The notes under the pieces: generated by a model
Told to the model about the DNA's origin: nothing
What the model saw: the letters and a program-made list of their open reading frames with translations, nothing else
The model's database searches: none
Assembly (NCBI GenBank): GCA_003971905.1
Contig: RSEE01000003.1
Coordinates: forward strand, 682,001 to 746,000
Direction of reading: 5' to 3'
DNA length: 64,000 nt
DNA from: Moniliella sp. 'wahieum'
Taxonomy: Eukaryota
Position numbers and translations under genes: made by a program
Shown: in pieces, positions 13,896 through 26,252 of the stretch
Numbering within the stretch: the stretch's first letter is position 1
How the letters are laid out: every line of letters starts with the position of its first letter

Positions 13896-16800
13896 GGTGG
13901 TGGCGAAGATGCTGGGTAGCAGAGAGAGATACGGATCGCAGAGGTGGGGGGGTGGAGGAGGTAAAAAACAGATGCGTGCCTTCTCCTCGCCTATGATATT
14001 AATGGGTTTTGCATGGCAGGGGGTGTGGGGGTCGTACTGACCGATCCCCTTCCCGCGGCCGCTGACTCGCATCTGCTTATGCGCGCAGGTGCTATAGAGT
14101 TGGCTGCTGGGGCCTGCTATGCTCCCAGCGCTGCCCGAGTGCTCCAGCGTCTGTGGTCAGCAGCCTCCAGCGCACAGTGGGTACTACCACCCTAACTACC
14201 AACGCCTGCTTTGGCCTGTGGCCTGCGGCCTAGGCCGCGTCTGGTCTCTGTAGCCAGACGCTTCTTCGGGGTGCGTTGGGGGTGTTCATCGCTATCCTCA
14301 CCGGTCAGTTTCCTTTCGACCCGGGTACTGCGTGGGGCTGCTGCATCCTACTCCACTGTGATGACGTGTGCACCCTTAACTGTTCGCCTGTGCGTGTGCA
14401 CTTTGCGCTTGCAGGCCGCAAGCGGGCACACTCCGCCATCCTCCAGCCAGATGTCTTCCCCCGACCGTACGCTGGCACACACCCCGCATCCCATCGTTTT
14501 TTTTAAAGCACACTTGTTTCGTTCCCCGACGGCCGTCTGCAATTCTGAAAGTATGAAGCCCTGGCGCACTGCGCTCCTGTGCCTGTGTGCGGTGGAGTGT
14601 GCTTTGACTAGTGGCTGGGCACGGAGCAATCAAGCTTCAAGCTTCAAGCGTGGTTTTTGCCCCACGCCAAAAAGTCACAGCCGGCCTGCCTCGCCCTTTA
14701 GGTCGTCTAGGCCCAATCCTTTGCCACCCAGGCTGTCTGCCACACGCGCCTCCCACAAAAGCACCTCCCAGTGCAAGCCAGTGGCCTGGGGCACCTATCC
14801 GTCTATCCGTCTGTGCGCTCTCAGCACGCCTGGCAACAGACATCTGCGGTTGTATGACCACAATTAAGCAGGTTTCCCCCTACTTTTTTCCTATCTTGCA
14901 AAATGTGACAAAAAAGCAATACACAAGCTCTCCGTCTTGCGCACTCTCCTTTTCTCGTTTCCCCGCGTTGGGACGGCCCTTGCTCTTCCTACTAAGCGCA
15001 ATCTTGTTGGATCAAGAGGCAACTGCACCACCTCTCTCCACGCACAGCGGGTCCACCTCGCCGTCTCTCCCTGCAACGTCTTCAGCCCTAAACCCTTCGC
15101 CGGCCTTCTCCTTATGTTGACTAATACCTTGGGTCTTTCAATTGATCGATTCTCCCGTCCCGTCCATCATCCATCATTCATCCGCACAGCCCACCCTGGG
15201 CAGTACCCCTCCCCGCTCTCCCGCCCGGTTCCGTCTTCCTTCGTATTTGCTACCCTCCTTCTCTGGACCATCTACTTCGTCTCGGGTAACCTTATTATTC
15301 CGTTAGTGCATTCAAGTTATTAAGCTTTAAGCCTTTTATTAGGAGTGAGTATACATATGCCACACTCGGCTTGCGTAGCTCTTGCCCTATCCTAACTCGG
15401 GATCGGTGGGGTGTAACATGTAAACAAGTGGCAAAAAAGACCCTTGAATGTGACGCACGATGTGGTCGACATACTAGTGCGGGGGCAGCATCAGAGAAGG
15501 AAAGGACTGGTACTCCTGTGTATGCCAGGTGCACAGTTCGACGAGCGAAAAAATCCTATATGTTGTCGATTCGATACGCGCATCGGTGGGGTGTGCTGTG
15601 CATATCTTATTGTGCGCATAATATACTACTAGTAACTACCGTTCGGCGTCCAAAGAGGCCATCAGATCTAGTGTCTTAAAAACCCTGCGCCCTGGTAGCC
15701 TTTTTGGGCCTCCCTGCACTGTTGAAACCCTTCGTTTTTCTTAGGATGATGAGGTCGGTTTAACGTTTGTAGGTAAAGCGCTGAGCGTTCCGTTATCCCA
15801 GCCTTACGCTTCGTACATGGTATTATGAAGACCGAAGCAGTCTATTATGTCCAAAGGGCACTTTCGCCCTCTCGTTCTTGTCTGGACAGAGAGGAACGAG
15901 TGCGGGAACACGTTGCCAGAGAGAAGCTGTGCGGAAAAATAGTAATGGGTCTCCTCTCCAAGCAGGAACCTTCTTTTGTCAGAAACACGCTCAAAAGTCT
16001 TGACACTACATTTGCGCACACATAAAATCTTGATTCCCATTCCGGGGAACGAACCCAGCGATGAAATTAAAGCTGCTGCAAGGATCCCTTGCTCTATCAA
16101 GCCTTGTGGGCAAAGGGGGAGACGGTATAGCTTGAGTGCGGAAAAAATAGTCCATGGTCGTGCGGACAAGGATAGACTATGACAGAGAGAGGTTCATGCC
16201 TATATATCACAGGAGAGAATATAGTTGAACGTTGATGTCGCCTCTCACAAACTAGCTTCTCGGCACAAAAGAGATGTACGTTGAGCACGTTGAGCGGGGC
16301 CTTCTCTCTGTTATACCGCGGGGACGATATACGACTGTGTACGTGGAGTTTGGATGGGCAGAGTGGAATGAGGGTAAGGTTCAATGTTGGAATGACCTAT
16401 CGAGCCACCGGGTGGCTCGTGCTTTGGCTAACGTCCCTTCAGTTCCTCCTCAGGGCTAGGTGTTCCGTTGTCTTGTTCTCTCTCCTGTTTTCCTTGTTGA
16501 TACACAGCTCAGCCCCTGGTGGCGACTTCTGCTTGATGTTCCTTTGTAGGTGTTGCGGGTTGGCTTAGACTACACACCACCACCACCAGTGTGATTGCAC
16601 CACCCTCGAAAACCATCCGGACCCCAGGTCTCATCAGGGACGTACATATTAGGCCAAGGCGTTTGATTCCGACCATCGGCTTGATCTTTACCCCTTGCCC
16701 CCGTATAGTGACCTCCGAAGCCTCCACGTACTTATACCTCATTCGGCCTACTCGAACCTCTCTGTTTCTTCCAGGTGTGGCGCGAGGCTTGGAGTTTTGA

Positions 16801-17796
16801 GTCCTCAACCACCACCATCATGGATAACATTACTATCCATTTCCAGAAGGTCACCACCCACAATTCCTTGGGTTCCTCCGGCCGGTCTTACAAGAGGGGT
16901 GTGGATCGCCAGGTTATAGGTGTGCGGCGGAGGCAGGGCTTCTCCTCTTGACCTCGGCTCTGTCCCAGTCGCATATTGGATTTTGAAGTGGTCTGGTCTT
17001 CGCCCGGCTGATGCTTGCATGGGCGTCTACAGAGAGAAGCTCTCTCGAGCAAGTCTGGGTCCGTAGCCAAAAAGGAATCCGTTGTCCAGCGCAGGGTGAT
17101 GGGCATGGAAAGACGTGTTGTGTGGCTCAAACAGAACCAAGAGAGAATACGCGCCACCGAGACGGTGCTATAAGGCGGATGCATCGGATGGCAGGGTTGG
17201 GGCGGCCCTGGGCTATGTCATGATGGTGACGAGATGGCTGGGTTGGCCGGAGCGTGCAAGTGGTGCTACTCCAGGTGGTTGTAGGCGGCCAGGCGGAGCG
17301 ACGGGTGACGAGGTCACGTGGCCATGTTTGCGAGCACGCAGGGCGCGCACGGGCCATAGACTGCCCCCTGGCTCTGCTGCGGCGCGGCAGCCGCTGCACG
17401 GGGGGGTGGGAGGGTGCAGCGTGCAGCGCTCCGGCTGAGCGCGCCGGCCTCGCGTTGGCCCACTGCTTGTCTGCGCAGCCACGTGGGAGCACAGGCGCTG
17501 GGCGAGCACGATGTGACGTCAGTGACCACGCGGGGCGGGCGGTGCAGACGCACAGAGCGAGTGTGGCGCGCGTGCACATCCCCTGCGGCTGCACACGGGT
17601 GGCGTGCATGCGCCTGGCGCTGGGCGCGGGGGCAGTGGCGGCGGGTCTGGCAGTGCACTGCCTGCCTGCGCATGCGGTGTGCGGCGTGCGGCGTGAGGGT
17701 GACGGGTGAGCGTGACTGAACGCGGCCGGTGCTGGGGCCGCTCGGAAGCGCTCGCTTTGTCTCTGGCTCACCACCACCGTCGCTGGCTTTGCCGAG

Positions 17797-20700
17797 ATGG
17801 TGAATCTGCCGCACCACGCCTCCCGCCCCAGTGGGGACGCCGCAGCCCCCGCTGCGCCTGTTCCCGCCCAGCCGCCCGTGGCCGACGCCAGCGCTCCCCC
17901 CGCTGGCCATGCGCCTCCCCCCGAGCCGCCTGCGCCCCACTTCGATCCCAAGGCTGCCCCGGCCGCCAAGGCCGCCGAGCAGGCCCAGTCCGCCATCCGC
18001 CAGGGCCTGATGCAGGACCCTCAGGCCGGCTTCGACAAGCCTCTGGTACGTCGCCCTTTCCTTCTTCTCTGCTCTCCGCGTTGGTCCCCCCGCTCACGCT
18101 CCTCCTCTCCTTGCCCTGTCAGCCCCAGCCCACCGAAGAAGCTGTCCAGGCCGCCAAGCACCCCATCTCGAGTGGCGCTGCCAACCCCACCGCCACGTAC
18201 GATGACCAGGGCCGCCTCGTCGCTCCTCCCGGCATGGCCGTCGAGGGCGAGGCCGAGGCACCTGCCCCCCAGGCCCCGTCCGCCTCGGCCCAGAGCACCC
18301 AGCACAAGGAACTCGCCACCACCGTTGCTTCGGGCGCCAAGGAGGGCCACATGGCCACCGTCTTTCGTATCCGCGACCACATTGCCCACAGCCACTTGGG
18401 CAACTTTCTTGCCAATGGTTCGGTCATTCTCGGTGCCTCGTTCTTTGTCTGGCTCTTGACCAAGATCCGCCTTGGCGTGGCGGGCATGGTGATTGTTGGC
18501 ATGTTTGTCATCGCAGCGTACAACCGTGCTCTGGAACGTGTTGCAGTGCGCTACAAGGACGACCAGGAACGCATCATTATCCGCAAAAAGGCTCTCGAGG
18601 ACGTGTCCGATGGCGATGGGGAGAAGATGATGTGGCTCAACAACTTCCTTGCTCGCTTCTGGCCCATCTACATGCCCGCTCTTTCTGCCCAGGTCATCCA
18701 GATCGCCGATGGCATCCTGGTCCAAAACTGCCCTTCGTTCCTCGATGCCATCCGTCTGACCCAGTTTACTCTCGGTTCCAAGGCGCCCCAGTTCACCTAT
18801 GTCCGCACCTTCCCGCACACTGACGAGGACGTCATCATGACCGAATGGAAGTTCAACTACACCCCCGAGGACACGAGCGACATGACGGTCAAGCAGGCCA
18901 AGGAAAAAATCGATCCTAAAGTCGAGCTGAGCGTGCGCATTGGCGCCGGATTGGCTGGTGCCACGTTCCCGATCCTTGTGCAGAACATGCAATTTTCGGG
19001 CACCCTTCGCGTTCAGTTTAAGCTCATCTCCAACTTCCCCAACGTTCAGACAGTTGGCATCAGCTTTATGGAACCGCCCAAGTTTGACTATGTACTCAAG
19101 CCTGTTGGGGAAGCAAGCTTGGTTTTGATGTCGGCAACATTCCAGGCCTCAATGAGTTTATTCAAGGTCAAGTGCATGCCAACCTGGGACCCATGATGTA
19201 TTCCCCCAACGTGTTTACGGTTAACTTGGAAGAATTGCTTGCCGGAAATCTGATGGACACGGCCATTGGTGTCCTGCAAGTCTCGATCTACTCGGCCAAG
19301 GACGTGCAAGGTGTTAAATTTGGGGGTGGCACACCGGACCCTTACGTCTCGCTCACCCTCAACGACAAGCCTGATATATTGGAGAAGACTTCGGTTAAAC
19401 AGAGTACCAGCAACCCGAATTGGCGCGAAACCAAATTTGTGCTGATCAACTCCCTCGCTGGTCTGCTCACGCTCAACACACTGGATTACAATGACGTGCG
19501 CGCCGACAACCCATTGGGGACAACCACGTTTGACCTTGCTGAGCTAGCGCAGAACCCGGAACAAGATGGACTGTCGGATCCGATCATCCTCAATGGCAAG
19601 GCGCGTGGAACGCTGCAGTATGGAATTTCGTACTTCCCCTGCTCAAGCCAGAGAAGACGCCAGATGGAACGGAGCTCCCGCTTCCTGAGACGCGGACGGG
19701 TGTGCTGGCGCTAACGGTGCACTCGGCGAAAAACTTGGGAAGCAAGCAACTGAATTCGAAGGCCCGGATTCTACTCAATGGCAAGCAAGTCTTTCGAACG
19801 TGTTCAAAAAGTCTGACGCACCAAACTGGGAATTCCAACTGCCGCTGCTCGTCACTCAACGCGAGAAGGCGGTGGTGGGACTGGAGATTGTGGATGACAA
19901 TGACAAGCCTGTGGGACAGCTGGCGGTCAAGCTGGACGATATGCTGGAGGCTGCGGCGCATGGACAGGATTGGTTCCCGCTCCTGACGCAAAGCGGTGGG
20001 TCTTCGCGCATGCGTGTATCCATCTCGGCCGTTTGGAAGCCTGTCCGGATGGCTGGCGGAGTGAACTCTGGTTCGGGCTACACCCCTTCGATTGGCACGT
20101 TGCGCGTCACGCTCGGCAAAGGCTCTGGTTTGGCAGGTAAACCCTTGCCGTTTGTGGAGCTGCGTAACAAGGGCCTCGTTTCCGATCGCAGCAAGGTGCT
20201 TCTCCAGACGTCTACACCGGACTTTAAGGCCCAGCCACTGTATGCCCCGGTTCATTCGCTCCAGGAACGGGTGATGGTGGAGTTGATGGACTATCAGCCG
20301 AATGGCAAGCATCGGTTCTTGGGCAAGTACGAGTTGACGGTGAATAAGTTTGCGCGGGAGGAGAGTGAGAACGCACACAAGTCTCAAACCGACCCTGGCC
20401 CTATCGCTCAACGGGAAAGAACACAATTAAAGCCCAGGTGGGCCTGGGGGGCAAGAAGACCGGCACGCTTGAGCTGGAGGTGGAGTTCCTACCTGCTGTG
20501 CATTTGCGTGACGCTGTGTTCGACAATGGTGAACCGGAAGCGGTGGAGAAGGCCAAAGAGCTGGATCAACCTTCTTCCAAGGAAAGCCTGCCTGCCATTC
20601 CCGCTGAATCCACCAAGGAGACGACTGAGACGACTGAGACGACTGCGGACAAGGCTCAGCCGACGCCGACCCAAAAGCCCGAGCCTGAGGAGGAGAAGCC

Positions 20701-22129
20701 CGGGGGAGTCATCCTCTCACCCGAGCAGCTGGTTAAGCAACCGCGTGGCGTGTTGGCTATCAACGTGCTCGAGGGTAAATTGAGCGTCAAGCAGGCCCGC
20801 GTGGAAGTACTGGTTGACGATGGCTACTGGCCTACGTACCTTACCGAGCCCTCACGGCAAGCGGTCAACGTGTTTGACGAGGTGTGCGAAGCGGTAATCA
20901 AGGATCTGGACACGAGTGAGATCACACTTCGTGTGCGCACCCATGGCGACGGCAACGATACCAACCTGTCGGACGTTGTGGCCACGGGAACTTTCCCGGC
21001 CCGCGCCTTCCTCGAGGCCACATTGACGGGCAAGAACACGTTTACATTGGCAGCCAACCCTTCTTTTAACCCGCAGACCATCCCTGGCTTTGGGAATCTG
21101 CCCGATTCGGCACAGGAAGCAGCGAAAAACGCGGCGGCCAACGCGACCAAGAACGTGCCTGGGTTGAGTGCCGTCTCGTCGGGCTTGGGCGGGCTGGGCA
21201 AGTTTGGTTCCGGGGCGATGGGAGCCGTGGGCAAGAGCGTGTCGGGCGTCACGTCGGGCGTGACGGGTGCAGTGGGCAATGTGACGGGCTTGCAGATCCC
21301 GTTGGGCCAGGGAGGTGGGCCGTGTACGATTGAGGTGCAGAGCCGGTGGATCCCCATTCCGTTTGCTCCGTCGGCGCAGGAGAGCGTGTTGAACCAGGGA
21401 CTGCTCAAGATCGATGCGCTGCATGCTGAGAACCTACGTGGGGCCGATCGCGGCGGCAAGTCCTCCGACCCCTTTGCCGCTCTGGTGATTGGAGACGAAC
21501 GCGTGGCGCAGACCAAGACGATCAAGAAATCGCTCCACCCGACCTGGAACGAAACCTTGGGCACTGTCCCGCTGCTCGACCGGACTTCGCCTGCGGTACG
21601 CATCGAGCTACGTGACTGGGACCAATTGGGAGCTGGCGACGCGCTGGGCGGGTTCAACCTCCCGGACTTATCTGCGCTCGAAGCGGACGAAGCGCGCGAA
21701 GTCACCTTCCCTGTCGTGGGCGAGCATGCCGGCGACGGTCATCCCACATGCACACTTCGCCTCACGTTCCATCCCGAGTGGGTGCCCAATGGCCGCGCTG
21801 GCATCACAGCTGCCGCATCGGGCATCGCCGCTGGGTTGGGTAACGTGGGTGGCGCCGTGGGCGCCGTGGGAGGCGCCGTGGGAGGCGTAGCGGGCGGCGT
21901 GGTAGGTGGCGTAGGTGCGGTGGGTGGAGCAGTAGGTGGATTGGGAAAGAGCGTCATCTCTACTCCTAAGCACTTGTTTGGCCATCGTAAACATGCGTCG
22001 GCTGCGTCGGGTGTGCCTGCCGGTGCGGGTGTGGGTGCCCCTGTGGGTGCGGAGGGCCAAGATGACACGATGAACACGATGGCTACGGCGGGTACGGCAG
22101 ACGCGGATGATTCTCGGTCCGTTTGGTAA
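17797..22129 (+). CDS. Tricalbin / extended synaptotagmin (TM hairpin, SMP domain, multiple C2 domains)
   Basis: SMP signature 'WLNNFLARFWPIY...SFLDAIRLTQFTLGSKAP'. C2 domains 'IGVLQVSIYSAKDV...PDPYV' and 'GLLKIDALHAENLRGADRGGKSSDPF...KTIKKSLHPTWNE'. Also 'VEVLVDDGYWP'. Intron 18046-18122; about 4 frameshifts. Confidence 0.92.
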
Positions 22130-22315
22130 GAAAGGCCGGAAGCTCGGTTCGCTCTTCCATAAGAAACATGGTTAAGCTCCCCCTCGGGGACTAATACTGT
22201 CCCTGTCCTCCTTCTACCTGTCCCTTTTCTCGCTTGTTCTGGATGCACGAACGATGAACGACCAACTTTGGTTCCGTTTTTTGGTTCGTGGGTTCTTGTT
22301 CTCTTGTTCTTTTGC

Positions 22316-22324
<9 letters not shown>

Positions 22325-22346
<22 letters not shown>

Positions 22347-22370
22347 TTTTGTTTTTTTTTTTTTTTTTTT
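22325..22370 (+). repeat. Poly(T) tract interrupted by a single G
   Basis: Directly visible homopolymer run downstream of the tricalbin stop codon. Confidence 0.95.
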
Positions 22371-22526
22371 GTACGCCTTGGTCGTATGGCGTATGCGCCG
22401 CAGTTCCCAATTCATCTTTCTTCTTCTTCATGAAGTCGGGGTCGGGTCGGGGTAGAGGTCAGGATAGGTAGGAGATGGGTTTCACATCTCCCAGATCTTT
22501 CGATACGATAAGGAAAACAAAAAATA

Positions 22527-22611
22527 CGCCCCACGTGGGACTCGAACCCACAACCGTGAGATGGACCTCTGTTGTAAGAGTCTCAAATTCTACCGATTGA
22601 AATAGCGAGGC
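22527..22611 (-). tRNA. tRNA-Lys(CTT) with 12-nt intron
   Basis: The minus strand folds as GCCTCGC-TA-TTTC-AATCGGTA-GAAT-T-TGAGA-CT CTT A[caacagaggtcc]A-TCTCA-CGGTT-GTGGG-TTCGAGT-CCCAC-GTGGGGC-G, followed by a T-run Pol III terminator. Confidence 0.92.
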
Positions 22612-23388
22612 GGAGTGGTACGATGGAGGGAGGTGAAATCTACCGAGGGATTAATGCGAGGCAAAGGCAAAGGCAAAGGCGGGGTTTATAGTTGCTTTAT
22701 GTCGACCCTCATTTTGTTGGTTTGAAGGTAAGGTCCAGATCATGTGATCTGAGCGGCTGAGGCTCGGCCTGGCTGGGCACGGCGGTGGGTGGTTAGTGGT
22801 TAGTTCTGACGTCGATCTGATCTCCACGTTCCACCAGCTTAGGCTTACTTGCGGCTGGGCGCAGGGAAACTTCAATGTTCAATGTCAATGTCAAATGTCC
22901 AACTGCATCGGCCGGCTACCTCAGGCCCCGCGCCCGAGTCGGCCGGGGACAGGGCTGGTGCGTGGGGCCCAGCTCGCATCTTCGGCATTTCCCAGGTACC
23001 CCGTGCAGTGCCTGTGTGCGCAAACAACGCACCACACTCCCCGCGTGCCAGCCAGAGCGCTTGCCCGCTGCCCGGCACATCGGCCGGCATGCAGCAAGAC
23101 AGCGGGGGGCGGCGGCAGCGCTGGGGCCGAGGCCCAGCCTGCGCTCCTCCCGCACCGCCGGGTGGGTGCGCGCACGCGGCAGCCGCCCACATGCCCTCCT
23201 GCCCCCAGCTCAGCAGCACCCCGACAAGCGGCAGACGGGCAGTGTGACGTAGCGTCCCCGTTTCCTCAGCCCGTAGACGTTAGACGGTGACCAACCCTCC
23301 GTCCGCACCTGTCCCGGCCACCCAAAGCCCACCCGCCCGTCCAGCATCCAGCCTACACCACCACCACCCTACCCCCTTTCTCTTCGCC

Positions 23389-25061
23389 ATGCTGGCTGCC
23401 CTGATCGCTGCTGCCTCGCTGAGCGCTTCGGTCGCCGTGTCCGCCGCGCCCCTGCCCGACGCTGCTCCCCGCCGCATCTCTCGCTTCCCGTCTACAAGTT
23501 CGACCGCCACACGCCGAGCGCCATGCTAAGCGTGGTCAGGCCAGCGTCGATGCCACCCTTGCCCACTTCCGCGGCCAGCAGGCCTACCTCCGCAACAAGT
23601 ACAACCCAACAACGCCACTTCCCATGCCAAGCGCCAGAGCACCGCCCTCACCGACGTTGGCAACCGACTCGTACTACTATGCCCCTGTCGGCATTGGCAC
23701 CCCGGCCCAGACATTGGCCGTGGTGCTGGATACGGGTTCGAGTATGTCGCTCGCTCCGTTCGGATGTGCATACACTGACACTTCTCAGGCGACCTTTGGA
23801 TTGCCTCGAACGAGTGCACCACCCAGGCGTGCAGCAGCCTGGCCAAGTTCTCCACGTCGGCCTCCAGTACCTTCCAGTCGTCCAACACGCCCTTCTCGGT
23901 GACGTTGGCTCGGGCGCGACCAAGGGCCACCTTGCCTCTGACACGGTCAGCCTTGCCGACTACTCGGTGCAGCATCTGACGTTTGCTCTGGCTACCGACA
24001 TGGCCCAGGGTACGCTGGATGCGCCTGCGTCGGGGCTGATGGGTCTTGGTCTGCAGCAACTGAGCTCGGCGGGCGTAACGCCATTCTGGGAGGTCCTCGC
24101 TAAACAAAACGTGCTCTCCTCGCCTGTGTTTAGCCTCCAGTTGGCTCGTAACCCTCGTGCTACCTCGGCCACGTCCCAGATCCCCGGCGGTGTGTTTACG
24201 CTTGGCGAGCTCGACTCGAGCCAGTACTCGGGCAACGTTAACTGGGTCAATCTCGATCCGGCCATGGAACAGATTGGTTACTGGGCCATTCCTCTGTCTG
24301 CCATGCAGCTCAACGGTGGTAACACGGTCACGTTTAATGGTCAGAGCGCGATTGTGGACTCGGGCACATCGTTGATTGGTGCCCCTTCGGCTGTCGTGTC
24401 GCAGTTGTACGCTGCTATCCCCAACGCCCAGCAGTTCGGTAGCCCAGACCAGGGCATGTTCGTCTTCCCCTGTCGGGAAACCGTCAAACTTTCCTTTACC
24501 TTTGGAGGCGTGCAGTACATGGTCGACCCTAACGACTTTAATGCTGGCGCGGTGGACAACCAGGGATCCATGTGCTTGGGCGCCGTGTTCGCTATGGACA
24601 CGGGACCTTCGATGCCCAACTTTATTTGCGGTGACTCGTTGATGAAGTCGTACTTTACTGCGTTCAAGTTGGGTGAGAACGGACAGTCGTCTCAAGTCGG
24701 CTTTGCTCGGCTTAAGAATGGCGATTCGGCTCAAACGATTGCTACCACAGCGACGTACGTGACCGCTACGGGCGCGGCGGGCGCAACGGGCTTCCCACAG
24801 CCCACTGCTTCATCGTCTTTCCAGGTACCGGGACTTACCTCGGTAGCCAACGCTGGCGCAACGGGCACACAGGTCTACTGGGGTTCGGGCCTTTCTTCCC
24901 CCATCGGGTCGGGGTCTCAGGGCCCAGCCTCCCCGACCCAAGCGTCCCACGGATCAGGTAGCTCAAGCAAGTCCCCAGCGTCTACCACGCTCGTTTCTAA
25001 CGCCGTCTTGATCACGTCCACCCTCCTGGCCACCTTGGCGGGCATGGCGTGCGTGCTGTAA
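23389..25061 (+). CDS. Secreted pepsin-family (A1) aspartic protease, likely GPI-anchored
   Basis: Signal peptide 'MLAALIAAASLSASVAVSAAPL'. 'YYAPVGIGTPAQ..VVLDTGS|SDLWI' across intron 23742-23788, and second motif 'AIVDSGTS'. Ser/Thr-rich stalk and hydrophobic C-terminus. Confidence 0.92.
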
Positions 25062-25534
25062 CTTTCGTCCTTGGGCCTTGGACCTTGCGGTACCTATGCT
25101 CCCCTCCCTCTCCTACCCCACTTACTGTTGCCTGCCCACCTTGGGTCTCCCATTTTCTGCCCATTCACTCTCTCCTTTTTTTATCGTTATCGAACATTTT
25201 GCCTCATCTCCCCCCCCCCCCAGCCCTACCTTCCCTCTCCCCTCCTCTTGTCTCCTTTCCCATTCCCCATTTTTCCCATTTTTTTCCCTTCTGGAACGGT
25301 TCACTGGAATGCGGGTCCCTCCGGACGCAATACACTGTATCCCATCCCTTCCTCCAGACTTACTGCTGCTGCTGCTGCATCGTTTCCCGCATCGTTTCCC
25401 GCATCGTTTCCCCGTTCCGTGGGGTGTGAGAGACGCCTTGTTCTTCCCCTCGGACCGGGGTGCTGCGTGTGGCGTGTGGCGTGTGGCGTGTGGCGTCTTG
25501 CGTGGCCAGACAGCTGTCCCGGACTCTTGTAACG

Positions 25535-25665
25535 AATGTCCAGATGCTTAGATGCCTAGATGTCCAGATGTCCAGTTGTCCAGTTGTCCAGATGTCCAGA
25601 TGTCCAGATGTCCAGATGTCCAGATGTCCAGATGCCCAGATGCCCAGATGCCTAGATGCCCAGAT
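25535..25665 (+). repeat. 8-bp minisatellite (GATGTCCA)n, about 16 units with variants
   Basis: Units counted directly: GATGTCCA, GTTGTCCA, GATGCCCA, GATGCCTA, GATGCTTA. Confidence 0.95.
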
Positions 25666-26188
25666 ACTCTGCTTGTCAATGACCGGCGCGCTCGTTGTTG
25701 TATCCGCCCATTTAATTGCTGCCCGTCTACGCATGCATTCAGTTGCATGGACATGAATCTCCCCCGCCATCGATCCGATTGGGTCGTGGCTTTTTCTTTT
25801 CGGAGCGCCCCTCGGGAGCCGCGGTGCATTAGGAAAGATGGGAAAGCGAGATCGTAGTTGGCTAGTGTGGCTAGTGGCTAGTGGCTAGGGACTGCGCTTG
25901 AGCTGGCAGCTTACAGCTTGACAAAAGATGCAGCTCTTCTCCCTTGTCTGCACTGGACTGGAAGCTGGACTGGGCAATGCGCGGTCGAACTCTTTTCCTT
26001 TTGTATAAGCTGAGGAACCAAAAGGTGGTAATAATATACCCGGTAAACAAAGTTCGACGTGTTGAAGTTCAACGTACTCAACGTCCAATCGTCCCGACCA
26101 ACATCAGTTTCTTCCCGTCCCTCTCGGTCCAGTGCTTCACCAGCCCTCTCTGCCTGGCGCCCAGTCCTGGTCACTAGGTCACTATAGT

Positions 26189-26252
26189 CACTCCATATGC
26201 CGACGTGGGCGGCGCACAGCACTCCTACTATGCCGACATGGGCGGCGCACAG
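26189..26252 (+). repeat. Two-copy ~32-bp tandem duplication
   Basis: CACTCC..TATGCCGACRTGGGCGGCGCACAG occurs twice in tandem. Confidence 0.85.

Noticed and set aside
15746..15784. Box C (ATGATGA) and box D (CTGA) snoRNA-like pair
   Set aside because: Too short, no terminal stem and no rRNA-antisense guide that I could identify.
21739..22471. Poly-Lys and poly-Phe ORFs
   Set aside because: Artefacts of translating the poly(T) tract.
25535..26252. Repeat arrays as CRISPR
   Set aside because: No unique spacers and no cas genes; the context is eukaryotic.
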